Assembly (NCBI GenBank): GCA_045545475.1
Contig: JAZQAZ010000030.1
Span: 6,058 to 70,057, forward strand
Direction: 5' to 3'
DNA length: 64,000 nucleotides
DNA from: Clostridia bacterium
GTDB lineage: Bacteria > Bacillota > Clostridia > CAKSNL01 > HGM11501
The notes beneath the pieces are model-generated. The model had not been told where the DNA came from. It saw nothing but the letters and a program-made list of their open reading frames with translations, and ran no database searches. Within the stretch, counting starts at the first letter, position 1; each line of letters begins with the position of its first letter. Positions 1 through 9,998 of this stretch are shown here, piece after piece. A program made the translations under genes and the position numbers.

Positions 1-309
1 ATATATCATCCGTAAGAGACGGAAGAAGTGCAAAAAGCTCCACAAAAACAGAAAGAGTCAGTGAGCATATTACCGTTTTTATAATAAAGCTTTTACCGAG
101 TATTTTTATGCCCAATATAATAAGAATTATATTTATTATTGCAAAAGAAATACCTGCCGGAACCGAAAAAACATGATACAAAATAGTAGAAAGGCCAGAC
201 ACTCCTCCCGATACAACCTTATTTGGCACATAACAGAGGGATATTCCCGCCGAGGTTAAAATAAGTCCTGTTATAATGAGCAAAAGCTCCCTTGCAATTT
301 TTTTCATAC
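1..309 (-). CDS. YitT/DUF2179-family membrane protein (N-terminal part; gene runs off window start)
   Basis: Reverse-strand translation from ATG at 309..307 reads MKKIARELLLIITGLILTSAGISLCYVPNKVVSGGVSGLSTILYH..., typical N-terminus of YitT-family proteins; no stop inside window. Confidence 0.55.
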
Positions 310-433
310 TAATCCTCTTTCCCAAAAAAATAAACGGCGTATGCCAACGCCGCTTATTATAACACTTATCGGTTAAATCCGCAATATCTTAAAAAAATTA
401 AGTGTTTTTTAGTTTTTTCATTAAATTTTACAG

Positions 434-595
434 TTATTTTTCCGCTTCAACCACATTTTCTTCAACTATATCCGAATTTTTTTCTGTAACATTTTCCCAT
501 ATTTCCTGTAAAGGCGGCAAGTCCTTCACTGTGAACCATATCACAAATGCAATATAAGCAATAAGGCCCAGTATTGCCAATATACGTTTTTTCAT
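434..595 (-). CDS. small hydrophobic protein (hypothetical)
   Basis: 61-aa ORF with internal start MKKRILAILGLIAYIAFVIWF (single TM helix); immediately downstream of transporter gene. Confidence 0.25.
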   Translation of the reverse strand: MKKRILAILGLIAYIAFVIWFTVKDLPPLQEIWENVTEKNSDIVEENVVEAEK

Positions 596-605
596 ATCTA
601 TCTCC

Positions 606-1553
606 TTATACCGCAGCATTAATTAACCCAAAATGAGTCAAAGCAGTAACCCACAAAAATACCGTAATAACAGAAATGGCAGTGCCGAACACCACAAGAT
701 GTCCTGCCAGTTGCTCATCCGCTCCCATCTGCTGTGCCATAGTATAGCTTGACACCGCCGAAGGAGATGCATACATGGCAAGAAGTATGGCAAGCTCCCT
801 GTCCCTAAAGCCAAGACATATACCTACCGTAATAAATATTGCAGGAGACAGAACAAGCTTTGAGGCAATGCCCCACACTATATAAGAAACATTTCCCTTT
901 ACAAAAGCAAAATCCAGCGAAGCACCCAGAGCTATGAGTGCAAGAGGTGTTGCAATTGATGCCACGGACTTTATCGCAGAATATGCCGCTCCCGGGATTA
1001 TTAAGCCAGCCTGTTTCAAGAAAAGTCCGATAAATCCGCAAAAAGAACCTATTATAAGCGGATTTTTCACTATGTTAAGCACAATCTTTTTCGCATCGGA
1101 TTTTTTACCGCTTAAGGCTTCAAGACTTATTACCGCAAGAACATTGTAAACAGGCACAATTATCGCAACCATAACCGCAGCCTTTCCTGATAATGAACCG
1201 TCGGGAAACAAACTTTCCGCCACCGGAACCCCGAAAATAAGAAAGTTACTTCTGAAAATTCCCTGGATAAGAACCCCTTTGCTTTCTTTCTTTTTACAAA
1301 ACAGGCCCGCAAAAAGAAGGAGCAGGACAAAACAAACCAATACGCTTAAAATTCCGTATGTTATTAACTTTTTATCAAAAACCTCGGAAAATTCCGATTC
1401 ATATACGCTTTTAAATATGCTGACCGGAAGAAATATATCAAAAATTATTTTATTGAGTTTTTTTGCCAGCGTTGCATCAAGCTTATTTATTTTTCTCAAA
1501 TAAAAACCTAGTGCCAGAAGTACGAATATGGGAAAAACAAGATTAAATGCCAA
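606..1553 (-). CDS. AEC (auxin efflux carrier) family transporter / malate-permease-like
   Basis: 315 aa, about 10 predicted TM helices, N-terminus MAFNLVFPIFVLLALGFYLRK typical of AEC family. Confidence 0.7.
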   Translation of the reverse strand: MAFNLVFPIFVLLALGFYLRKINKLDATLAKKLNKIIFDIFLPVSIFKSVYESEFSEVFDKKLITYGILSVLVCFVLLLLFAGLFCKKKESKGVLIQGIFRSNFLIFGVPVAESLFPDGSLSGKAAVMVAIIVPVYNVLAVISLEALSGKKSDAKKIVLNIVKNPLIIGSFCGFIGLFLKQAGLIIPGAAYSAIKSVASIATPLALIALGASLDFAFVKGNVSYIVWGIASKLVLSPAIFITVGICLGFRDRELAILLAMYASPSAVSSYTMAQQMGADEQLAGHLVVFGTAISVITVFLWVTALTHFGLINAAV

Positions 1554-1653
1554 AACAAAGCTATCCGTAAAAACCCCTCCTTAAACAAATGAAAGGCAAA
1601 ATCCTTTGGATTTTACCCTTCAAGTATAACACAATATTTCTCTCTTAGTCAAG

Positions 1654-2652
1654 TCAGTCGTATATTTTTGTATCCCAGAGCCATATTCCCTGACCTTCCG
1701 GAAGTGTAAACACCGTAACAAGACCATTTAAATATTTCTCAATTTTTCGGATATTGCTTCTCCTGTTTCCGTAAAGACGGGATATATATTTTTCCTCGCA
1801 CTTTATGGAAAGCTGATCGGGCTTTTCATCATCGATGTATTTTATTACTCTGTCAAAAATCACTCTGCTCTGCACCATTTCTCCGAACGCCGGATGAAAC
1901 GGGCCTGCAACAAATCCCTCCGTAAGGCTGTCCGACGGCTGAAGCCCCGTCCTTATAACGCGGATTCCCGCCTTTTCAAACCTGTCCGTCAGCTTAGATG
2001 CAAGGCAAACCGCATCTTCTACCGAAGCAGGGGTATACTCTCCCCGCTCATACATATCATTAAGACATGTATCCTTAAGCACCAATGTGGGATAAATCCT
2101 TACTTCAGAGGGCTTAAGTGAAATAAAGTCCTCGCAGGTTTTCATATCCTTTTCGTCACTTGAAAAAGGAAGGTGCGTCATCATCTGAAGTCCCAGTTTA
2201 ATCCCGCTTTCCTTTATAAGGTGCGAGGCCTTTTTTATATCATCTGCCGTATGCCCTCTTCTGGCTGCCTTAAGAACCTCTTCATCCGTAGACTGAGCAC
2301 CAAGTTCCACCGTGGTAACCCCAAAAGATAAAAGGTTTTCAATTATTTCCTCATCGATATAATCAGGCCTGGTGGACAGTCTTATTCCCGTTATCTTTTT
2401 ACCGTCAACAAACTGTCTTGCCGCAGAAAGAAGCTCATTCTGAAGATTTTGTTCAATTCCTGTAAAGCTTCCTCCAAAAAAGGCAATTTCCGCCTCTCCT
2501 TTTATATAGGAAAGCCATTCAGCAACCGTAGATTCCACATCCTTGCCTGTTACAGTTCCGTTTTTTCCTGTTATCCTTTTTTGGTTGCAGAAAACACAAT
2601 CGTTGGGACAACCCTTATGGGAAACAAAAATCGGAATATTTGCTTTACTCAT
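1654..2652 (-). CDS. radical SAM protein (CxxxCxxC, ELP3/MiaB-like fold)
   Basis: N-terminal motif GCPNDCVFCNQ (CX3CX2C radical-SAM cluster motif), 332 aa; 4-nt overlap with rnc start suggests operon. Confidence 0.65.
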   Translation of the reverse strand: MSKANIPIFVSHKGCPNDCVFCNQKRITGKNGTVTGKDVESTVAEWLSYIKGEAEIAFFGGSFTGIEQNLQNELLSAARQFVDGKKITGIRLSTRPDYIDEEIIENLLSFGVTTVELGAQSTDEEVLKAARRGHTADDIKKASHLIKESGIKLGLQMMTHLPFSSDEKDMKTCEDFISLKPSEVRIYPTLVLKDTCLNDMYERGEYTPASVEDAVCLASKLTDRFEKAGIRVIRTGLQPSDSLTEGFVAGPFHPAFGEMVQSRVIFDRVIKYIDDEKPDQLSIKCEEKYISRLYGNRRSNIRKIEKYLNGLVTVFTLPEGQGIWLWDTKIYD

Positions 2653-3317
2653 AAAATGTCCCCCAACGCCGCCTTTGCCGCAAGCTGTTCAGCTTCTTTT
2701 TTACTTCCGGCACATCCTTTGCCGATTACTTTATCTCCGCTTAAAACCTCGTAGGAAAACTTTTTCATATGCGCAGGGCCACTTTCCTCTACCAAACGAT
2801 AGCTTATAGCTTCAAGAGCTCCGCTTTGTGCTATTTCCTGAAGTTGAGTTTTATAATCCTTAAAAGCTTTTCCTGATACGGCTTTGTCAATGACACATTT
2901 AACATTTGTCATTATCCATTTTTTTGCTTCTTCCATACCGGAATCCAAAAATATTGCCGCAATCGTAGCTTCAACTATATCGGCAAGTATGGAAATACGT
3001 TCTCTTCCTCCGGTTGATTCTTCACCTTTATTAAGAAACAAAAATTTTCCCAAAGAAAGACCGGACGCAACTTCATAAAGCGAGCGCTCGCATACGGCTG
3101 CAGCTCTCACCTTGGTAAGTTCTCCCTCTGGCATATCGGGAAAATTCTCATAGAGATATTCACTTACGACAACAGATAAAATACTGTCGCCTAAAAATTC
3201 AAGTCTTTCATAGCTTCTTACGCCAAACTCATTGGCGTAAGAGCTATGAGTAAGAGCTTCTTTTGCAAGAAGCTCATTTTTGAAAGTATATCCTACGGCT
3301 TTATAAAAACCGTTCAT
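2649..3317 (-). CDS. rnc: ribonuclease III
   Basis: RNase III signature ERLEFLGDS, 222 aa, dsRBD C-terminus (AGSKKEAEQLAAKAAL). Confidence 0.9.
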   Translation of the reverse strand: MNGFYKAVGYTFKNELLAKEALTHSSYANEFGVRSYERLEFLGDSILSVVVSEYLYENFPDMPEGELTKVRAAAVCERSLYEVASGLSLGKFLFLNKGEESTGGRERISILADIVEATIAAIFLDSGMEEAKKWIMTNVKCVIDKAVSGKAFKDYKTQLQEIAQSGALEAISYRLVEESGPAHMKKFSYEVLSGDKVIGKGCAGSKKEAEQLAAKAALGDIL

Positions 3318-3332
3318 ATTTTATCCCTCACT

Positions 3333-3554
3333 TCAGGAGTTTTGTCTGATATATTCCAGAGCGTCGCCCACCGTCTTAATGGTCTCTGCATCTTCGTCTT
3401 CAATTTCCATATCAAACTCTTCTTCCATAGCCATGATAAGTTCAATAAGGTCCATGGAGTCGCCAAGCTCCTTGAATGCAGTTTCCTCTGTAACAGAGTC
3501 AGCATCGATACCAAACTGCTCAGCTATAATGTCTTTCATCTTTTCAAATTCCAT
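3333..3554 (-). CDS. acpP: acyl carrier protein
   Basis: 73 aa acidic protein with phosphopantetheine-attachment motif [18 protein letters not shown]. Confidence 0.85.
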   Translation of the reverse strand: MEFEKMKDIIAEQFGIDADSVTEETAFKELGDSMDLIELIMAMEEEFDMEIEDEDAETIKTVGDALEYIRQNS

Positions 3555-3677
3555 AATCTTCTTCCTTTCGTTTTTTTAGATAGTATATGCTATAATATAG
3601 AAAAAATCAATAGGTTTTTTTAACAAAAATGAATCATAATTAAAAAATAATGCACTTTTTTACAAAAAAACATCATT

Positions 3678-4367
3678 TTACTCCATATTTATAAGAGCAT
3701 CTTTCAATTTTTCAACAGCTTTTTTCTCAATTCTTGACACATAGCTTCTGGATATGTTTAGAATCTTTGCGATTTTTCTTTGCGGTATCTGTTTCCCGTC
3801 CTTCAGTCCGTAGCGTAACTCAATAATCATTTTTTCTCTTTCATCAAGACATTCTCTTATACTTTCGTACAGCTTTTTCACCTTTTGCTTTTTTTCGTAG
3901 CTGTCTTCTATTTCTTCCTCCTCGGAAGGAATAATATCCATAAGAGTAACTTCGTTACCCTCTTTATCGCTTCCTATACTTTCAGAAAGCGAAACCTCGG
4001 AAGGCAGATGCTTCTTTGCCCTTAAGACCATGAGAATCTCATTATGAATACATTTAGCAACATATGTGGAAAGCCTGGTTTTTTTATTAGTACTGAATGT
4101 ATTAATTCCCTTTATAAGGCCAATAGTTCCTATGGATAAAAGGTCGTCGGCTTCATCGGTGGTCCCTGAATATTTTTTCACTATGTGGGCAACCAGTCTG
4201 AGATTATGCTCAATCAGTTTATTTTTAGCTTCTTCATCGTTGTTTTTCTCATACCTCTCAATCAGCACAGCTTCTTCCTTTTCTGTAAGCGGCTTTGGAA
4301 AACTGCCACTTTGCAGGTGTCCCAAAAGAAATATTTTCTGTAGTAGTGCCAGAATTAAAGCTAACAT
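3678..4367 (-). CDS. sigK: RNA polymerase sporulation sigma factor pro-sigma-K (uninterrupted)
   Basis: Hydrophobic pro-sequence ending FPKPL, then LIEHNLRLVAHIVKKY, SIGTIGLIKGI, ISRSYVSRIEKKA; very close to B. subtilis SigK regions 2/4; stand-alone gene with no spoIIGA upstream, so not sigE. Confidence 0.75.
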   Translation of the reverse strand: MLALILALLQKIFLLGHLQSGSFPKPLTEKEEAVLIERYEKNNDEEAKNKLIEHNLRLVAHIVKKYSGTTDEADDLLSIGTIGLIKGINTFSTNKKTRLSTYVAKCIHNEILMVLRAKKHLPSEVSLSESIGSDKEGNEVTLMDIIPSEEEEIEDSYEKKQKVKKLYESIRECLDEREKMIIELRYGLKDGKQIPQRKIAKILNISRSYVSRIEKKAVEKLKDALINME

Positions 4368-4426
4368 AAAAACTCCTTTTACATATCTTCATGTCATGAT
4401 ATGTAAAAGGAGTTTGTCTTATTACA

Positions 4427-5107
4427 TTAAATTTCTCCCTGTATTTCTTTTCTCAGCTTAAGAGCAAGACGAGGATTTCTTGTTGTTATATTGAAAATCC
4501 CCAGTTCAAGCAATCTTCTTATCTCCTCTTCGCTGTCTGCTGTCCATGCAGAAAACGTAAGTCCCAGGGATTTAATTCTTTCAAAATTTTCTTTTGTAAT
4601 CATGCTGTAATGCAAATTTATCACCCGACATCCTTCGGCAATGCACTTTTCTTCTATCCTTGCGATGTCTCTTTCGTTGTCCGATGAGGGCCAAAGGCTC
4701 ATCCACAGTTCTCCTCCGAGACTTTCTGTTTCCGTCTTCTTATCGTTGCACGCTCCTGTAAATACGGCTCTATCCCCCATGCCCCGAGAATTTACTTTTT
4801 CCATTACATAAGGAACAAGCTCTTCCGTCTTTACATCAAAATTAATTCTCAATTTTTCATATGACATAACAGAATCAAGAAACTCATCAAGACTAACTGA
4901 ATTTTCAGGATTGCAAACTTCGTCATGGGAAAGATACAGCACATCTTTGCTTCTTCTCACATCCACCTCTATCATTTCAGCATCAGACTTTATGGCCTCC
5001 ATGATATGCTCCCTGCTATTGGGCAATGTATTTTCGCATCCAGAATGTGCCGTTATTATTGTAAGACCTGCTCTAACTATTTCTTCTGGCGAATATTTCA
5101 TAATCAT
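4427..5107 (-). CDS. glycerophosphodiester phosphodiesterase family protein
   Basis: GDPD motifs TAHSGCEN... IEVDVRRSKD, 226 aa. Confidence 0.7.
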   Translation of the reverse strand: MIMKYSPEEIVRAGLTIITAHSGCENTLPNSREHIMEAIKSDAEMIEVDVRRSKDVLYLSHDEVCNPENSVSLDEFLDSVMSYEKLRINFDVKTEELVPYVMEKVNSRGMGDRAVFTGACNDKKTETESLGGELWMSLWPSSDNERDIARIEEKCIAEGCRVINLHYSMITKENFERIKSLGLTFSAWTADSEEEIRRLLELGIFNITTRNPRLALKLRKEIQGEI

Positions 5108-5110
5108 CCC

Positions 5111-6004
5111 TCAGTTCACTATATCAGCATTATATGAAAATGCATCGGTTAAAGATATATCTCCTATCTTTTCGGCTCTTTCTCCCTCAACCAGGAACTG
5201 CACCTGGCTTACCTCCGGAAGTCTTGCAAGAGTGTTTACGATAGAATATACGCAAAGCTCCGAATTTTCTGCCGGAAGTGCCAAAAATTCTTTTGACAGA
5301 TTCACATAACAGAACTGGTCCTTGGTCTCTATAGATAAAACCTTTATATCATCGCTCAAAAGAGTCAATCCCTTTGTCGCAGGGCCTTTCATAAGTTCCC
5401 CGATAGCCGTTTTCTCAGCCGTTTCGTTATCTTTAATGTCGAGCATACGCTTCTCACTTATCAGACCGGTTTTATCCTCATTTGCAAAATAAAGTTCCAG
5501 TACCACGGTCTGATTTCTACCGATTTCATCCACCGAAATAACATTATACATGGAAAGTGCACCGATTTCCTCATCACTCGCCGTGTAATTTAATTTTCTG
5601 CCGTTAACCAAAATCTGCACCTTATTTATTCCGTCAATTGCACAAAGGGTATTCACCACAGAATATATCGCCATAAGCCTTTCTGCCGGGCCAATGGTTT
5701 TTTCAAAATCCTGCGACAAATTAACAGTAACGTTTTTTCCCTCTAATCTGACACCTAAAAGAGCTGTATCGGGAGGTACGGCCTTTTTGTGTTCAGCCCT
5801 GTATGGGCCCTCCAAAAGTTTTTCCATAACGGCATAAACCGTTTTTTCCAAGGAAAGATTTTCCTCAATGCTTACCGCCTCTTCAACCATGCTCTTTCCG
5901 TCATCGGAAGAAAAATACACCGTATACTTTTCGCTTTGCATGCTGCAACCGGAAAATGCAAAAAGCAGAGTTAACGAAAGCATTAAAATGAATATTTTTT
6001 TCAT
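5111..6004 (-). CDS. GerMN-domain lipoprotein (two GerMN repeats)
   Basis: Lipoprotein signal MKKIFILMLSLTLLFAFSGC; two repeated modules of GerMN type (...YSVVNTL..., ...VYSIVNTLARLPEVSQVQFLVEG); start moved to MKK downstream of the ORF-track ATG. Confidence 0.6.
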   Translation of the reverse strand: MKKIFILMLSLTLLFAFSGCSMQSEKYTVYFSSDDGKSMVEEAVSIEENLSLEKTVYAVMEKLLEGPYRAEHKKAVPPDTALLGVRLEGKNVTVNLSQDFEKTIGPAERLMAIYSVVNTLCAIDGINKVQILVNGRKLNYTASDEEIGALSMYNVISVDEIGRNQTVVLELYFANEDKTGLISEKRMLDIKDNETAEKTAIGELMKGPATKGLTLLSDDIKVLSIETKDQFCYVNLSKEFLALPAENSELCVYSIVNTLARLPEVSQVQFLVEGERAEKIGDISLTDAFSYNADIVN

Positions 6005-6008
6005 AATT

Positions 6009-7403
6009 TTACGCCAGCGGAAGGTATATGCGAAATACGCTTCCTGTGCCCTCCTCACTTTCAACATCTATATGGCCGCCATGCATTTCCACTGCAGAAA
6101 GGGCAATGGAAAGTCCAAGACCTGTTCCTCCTGTTTCTCTTGATCTGGCTTTATCCACACGATAAAAACGGTCAAAAATTTTACTTATTTCATCCTTTGA
6201 AATTCCGATTCCGCTGTCTGATACAGTAAAGATCGCATTATACAAATCCTTTTCCAGAAACATTTCAACCTTTCCGCCATATGGAGTATATTTTATTGCA
6301 TTATCGGTTATGTTGTAAAAAGCTTCCCAGATTTTATTTTTTTCCATTATCATAAAGATATCACCGCTGCAATTTAAGCTTAAGCGTACGCCCTTTTGCA
6401 TTGCAATTTTTGTAAGGGAGCCTGCCACGCCTCTTACAATATCTTTAAGATTGCCGGTTACAAACTTTTTATTTTCGCTGTATTTTGCCGCATCCATTCT
6501 GGTAAGATCCAAAAGGTCATTTACAATATTGGTAAGCCTGTCAACCTCGTCGTTCATATCGTGCAGGAACTCAGAAACCATTTCAAAGGGAGCATTATCT
6601 CCCGCCGCAATAACAGAATCGCATATGAGCTTTATGGAACTTAAAGGCGTTTTAAGTTCGTGAGATGCGTTTGATACAAATGCGGTTCTTTTCTCTTCCT
6701 GCGCTTCAAGTTCTTCTATAAGTGAGTTAAAGCTTTCTACCAGTTCCCCTATTTCTCCCGTACCTTCAACGTCGATCTTCATCTTATGAGAATCCTTCTG
6801 TCCTTTTATTTTCTTTATAAGCCTCTCTATGGGAGCTGTAAACAAGCCCGCAAAAATAAAGCTCAAAAGAATCGCAATGGCACAAAGAAGCACAGTAAGG
6901 TAATTTATTCTTCTTTCCGTAGCAGAAAGAATTGCCCCGATTTCATTTGCCGAGGATTCTATATATACCACTCCGCTTACCTCGCCATTTCTTATTATCG
7001 GAACGGAGGCTGCAGTTGTTATAACATCTTCGCTTTCCACCTTATTATATGTGCTTTCGCCGCAAAGACCGGAAAGAATCATCGGACTAAGACGAACCTT
7101 TCCTGTAGAATCCACATAAATATTTTCCGCATTATCATAAATAACCACCGCATCCGTGTTTGTTACGATGATGCGGCTGTTATTACCTATCGAAAGCATT
7201 ATGATGTCCTCATCCATAGTTTTTTCTATTCCGGAAGGAGGAACATCCGCTATATCTGTTGCAATAATATTGATTTTAGTCATTAAGTTTACTTTATTAT
7301 CGTTGTAAAGAGCAGATGACATCGCCGTAAGCATGTACATTCTTACCACGGTAACTGCAAGCAAAATTATAACGATATAAGTAAGTATAAGACGGTATTT
7401 CAT
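6009..7403 (-). CDS. sensor histidine kinase (HisKA + HATPase_c), WalK-like
   Basis: N-terminal TM + extracytoplasmic domain, second TM, H-box NASHELKTPLSSI, G-boxes GGTGLGLSIA; 464 aa. Confidence 0.85.
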   Translation of the reverse strand: MKYRLILTYIVIILLAVTVVRMYMLTAMSSALYNDNKVNLMTKINIIATDIADVPPSGIEKTMDEDIIMLSIGNNSRIIVTNTDAVVIYDNAENIYVDSTGKVRLSPMILSGLCGESTYNKVESEDVITTAASVPIIRNGEVSGVVYIESSANEIGAILSATERRINYLTVLLCAIAILLSFIFAGLFTAPIERLIKKIKGQKDSHKMKIDVEGTGEIGELVESFNSLIEELEAQEEKRTAFVSNASHELKTPLSSIKLICDSVIAAGDNAPFEMVSEFLHDMNDEVDRLTNIVNDLLDLTRMDAAKYSENKKFVTGNLKDIVRGVAGSLTKIAMQKGVRLSLNCSGDIFMIMEKNKIWEAFYNITDNAIKYTPYGGKVEMFLEKDLYNAIFTVSDSGIGISKDEISKIFDRFYRVDKARSRETGGTGLGLSIALSAVEMHGGHIDVESEEGTGSVFRIYLPLA

Positions 7404-7470
7404 TCTCTGAGCAGTTTTTACGCATTTTTTCCAGAAATCTTTAAATGAAAAATGCCCGCTTCTTTCTTCC

Positions 7471-8154
7471 TTAGTCTTCTTTAAAATAGTAACCTACTCC
7501 CCACTTTGTTATGATATAAACCGGATTTGCCGGATCCGGCTCAATTTTTTCTCTCAAACGGCGGATATGCACATCCAGCGTTCTTATGTCTGCAGGATAG
7601 TCATAACCCCATATAATATCAAGCAGAGCTTCTCTGGTGTAAACTTTACCGGGATTTGTTATAAACAAATCAAGAATTTCAAATTCCTTGGATGTAAGTT
7701 CAACAGTTTTTCCGTTAGCTGTTGCACGTCTTAAATTATAGTCAACCTTAAGACCGCCTCTGACTACACTGGTGCTGCTCTTTTTAGCCTGACTCTGTCC
7801 GCTTCTTCTTATAATGGCTTTTACCCTTAGCTTAAGCTCAAGTATATTGAAAGGCTTTGTGAGGTAGTCATCTGCACCGTATTCAAGGCCCATTATTCTG
7901 TCCATATCGTCAGTTTTAGCTGTAAGCATAATTATCGGCACATTTGAAAAGTCCCTTATTATTCTGCACACCTCAAGACCATCAATTTTAGGAAGCATAA
8001 GGTCAAGAATTATAAGATCTATTGACTTGTCTCTGGCAAGCTTTACGGCTTCTTCACCATCATATGCCGTTTCAACGTCATAACCGTCCTGTTCAAAATT
8101 AAATTTCATTCCTTTTACAAGGAGCTTTTCATCGTCCACTATAAGTATTTTCAT
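7471..8154 (-). CDS. OmpR-family response regulator (WalR/YycF-like)
   Basis: Receiver MKILIVDDE...DLMLP...LTAK plus winged-helix C-terminus (YIITKWGVGYYF); start chosen at MKILIVDDE rather than upstream ATG. Confidence 0.85.
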   Translation of the reverse strand: MKILIVDDEKLLVKGMKFNFEQDGYDVETAYDGEEAVKLARDKSIDLIILDLMLPKIDGLEVCRIIRDFSNVPIIMLTAKTDDMDRIMGLEYGADDYLTKPFNILELKLRVKAIIRRSGQSQAKKSSTSVVRGGLKVDYNLRRATANGKTVELTSKEFEILDLFITNPGKVYTREALLDIIWGYDYPADIRTLDVHIRRLREKIEPDPANPVYIITKWGVGYYFKED

Positions 8155-8273
8155 TAAACCTTCAATTCCTTTCCACTTTATGCTTATATAGTTATATAAT
8201 ATCACAAATGCAAGCCAACTTCAATATTTTTTTATTAAAAAAACAAAAGCGGTGTTAAAACACCGCCTTTGCA

Positions 8274-9476
8274 TCAATCGCTGAGAATGTAGATATTACA
8301 ACTTCTTCTTCCGAACTGTATGCACTCGTTATAACTGTCATAGAAAAGGTCTACACGGTTGCCTTTGATGAGACCGCCTGTGTCTCCTGCAAGGCAAACG
8401 CCATAGCTCCATGAGCCGTCTGTAGACTCAATATAAAGTCTTGTTCCAAGGGGAATAACTCTGGGATCTACAGCAACAACACCCACCTTGGACTGAATAC
8501 CGCTGGCAGTTTTACCCTTGTCGCAATATGCAGTAGCCTTGGCTGTTATAACCTTGCTGTACGAATAACCGTTAACGGTACCAACTGCAGCTGCCGCATT
8601 CTGGTCATCTCTCTTTACATTCCATACGCCACATTCAACAATCTTGTTTACCGCGGGCTTAACAACCATTTCGTTTGACTCATAACTTACTGCCACGCCG
8701 TCATGATAGGTTATAACATTGTCAATAAGCATTTCTCCGTCAGTACCTTCTGCAACAACAACTTCTTCACCGGGAGAAAGCTGCTTGTTGATTCTGTACT
8801 CAACTTCAAAGGGCATAACAATGGTCTGCGTATCATGAACCACAGCCACACGTGTAATCACAATTTCAACACCGGGATACACAAGGCTTGTCATCTGGGG
8901 AGTTACCATGTCATCCTCATCAACGCTTACACCGGAAAGTCTTATAGCATCAGCTACGGTACCGTCTGCAATCATAACGGGATAGGTTGCACAATCGGCA
9001 TATACATTTACCGAAAAAGCTTCCTTTACGGCATAAATTCCACCATCTGCAACCGCACCTTTTTTACCTGTCTCATAAACAACAACCGTATCATGCTCTC
9101 CGATAAAAGCACGTGCATCTTCTGCAAGCTCTTCTGTGGTGCTTGCTGTTGTCTCAATGCTGATTTCCTCTTCGCCATCATGAATTACAACTGTCTTCAT
9201 ACGCTTTAAATTAATTGTGGAATTTTTCATTATTTTGGCATTCGCCTCGGGGAAAGTGATATCGCCGTTACTTACGGCGTAATCACCGTCTGCAAGAATG
9301 TTTTCTACAGTTCCTGCATCTGTACTGATGGTTTTTGCGGGAATACCGTCAATTTCAATGTTAACCTGAATTTCGTCGTCATACACATAACTGTTTACGC
9401 CTGTTGCAGCCAGCATTACGGATAACATCAAAACTAAAATACGTGTATTAAAAACCGCTTTGATAATTTTAAACAT
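8274..9476 (-). CDS. secreted cell-wall-associated protein with C-terminal 3D domain (YabE/Rpf-like)
   Basis: Signal/TM at N-terminus; C-terminal ...AYCDKGKTASG...VAVDPRVIPLGTRLYIE...GVCLAGDTGGLIKGNRVDLF matches 3D (MltA-like) domain. Confidence 0.6.
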   Translation of the reverse strand: MFKIIKAVFNTRILVLMLSVMLAATGVNSYVYDDEIQVNIEIDGIPAKTISTDAGTVENILADGDYAVSNGDITFPEANAKIMKNSTINLKRMKTVVIHDGEEEISIETTASTTEELAEDARAFIGEHDTVVVYETGKKGAVADGGIYAVKEAFSVNVYADCATYPVMIADGTVADAIRLSGVSVDEDDMVTPQMTSLVYPGVEIVITRVAVVHDTQTIVMPFEVEYRINKQLSPGEEVVVAEGTDGEMLIDNVITYHDGVAVSYESNEMVVKPAVNKIVECGVWNVKRDDQNAAAAVGTVNGYSYSKVITAKATAYCDKGKTASGIQSKVGVVAVDPRVIPLGTRLYIESTDGSWSYGVCLAGDTGGLIKGNRVDLFYDSYNECIQFGRRSCNIYILSD

Positions 9477-9998
9477 AAAAGCAATCCTTTCCGAAGACTT
9501 TCCGATCCAATTCTTTTTATTTTTCCCACCTGAGCGGTGATGAAAAAAAGCCTTCTGAAAACATTTTTATTTTTGTTCCTCGTAAATTATAACTAAATTG
9601 TTACGAAAAGTCAAGTTTTTTTATTCAGTTTTAGTGTCTTAATCAGTTTTTCTCTCATTTTCATACTATATCTAGTGTATAACGCCTTAAAAATAATTAC
9701 ATTTTCTTAATATTTTCATTTAATTTTCAGCTTTTTTTGCCCCGATTTTTTAGGTGGTTTTTTCATAAAAGTTTCTCATAAAAGCCATCAAAACACCTCA
9801 AATTAAACTTTTTAAAAATCAAAAAACGCCACATTTCGGCGTTTTTTTCAAAAGCATCAACTCTCATTCGGTAATCTAATTTTTTCGCGTGATTTTTAGA
9901 TTAATTGTTAAAAATTAAAAAAGTTATATTTTCCAATTATTACAATATTATATATAAAAAGACTTAAAGGTCACACATTAAAGAAAGGAGGTTTTTAA

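Noticed and set aside
8703-9209. 168-aa plus-strand ORF
   Set aside because: Antisense to the 3D-domain protein gene; no RBS; odd composition.
9477-9560. c-di-AMP (ydaO) riboswitch upstream of the 3D-domain gene
   Set aside because: Could not identify the conserved pseudo-symmetric ydaO motifs by eye; left as unconfirmed.
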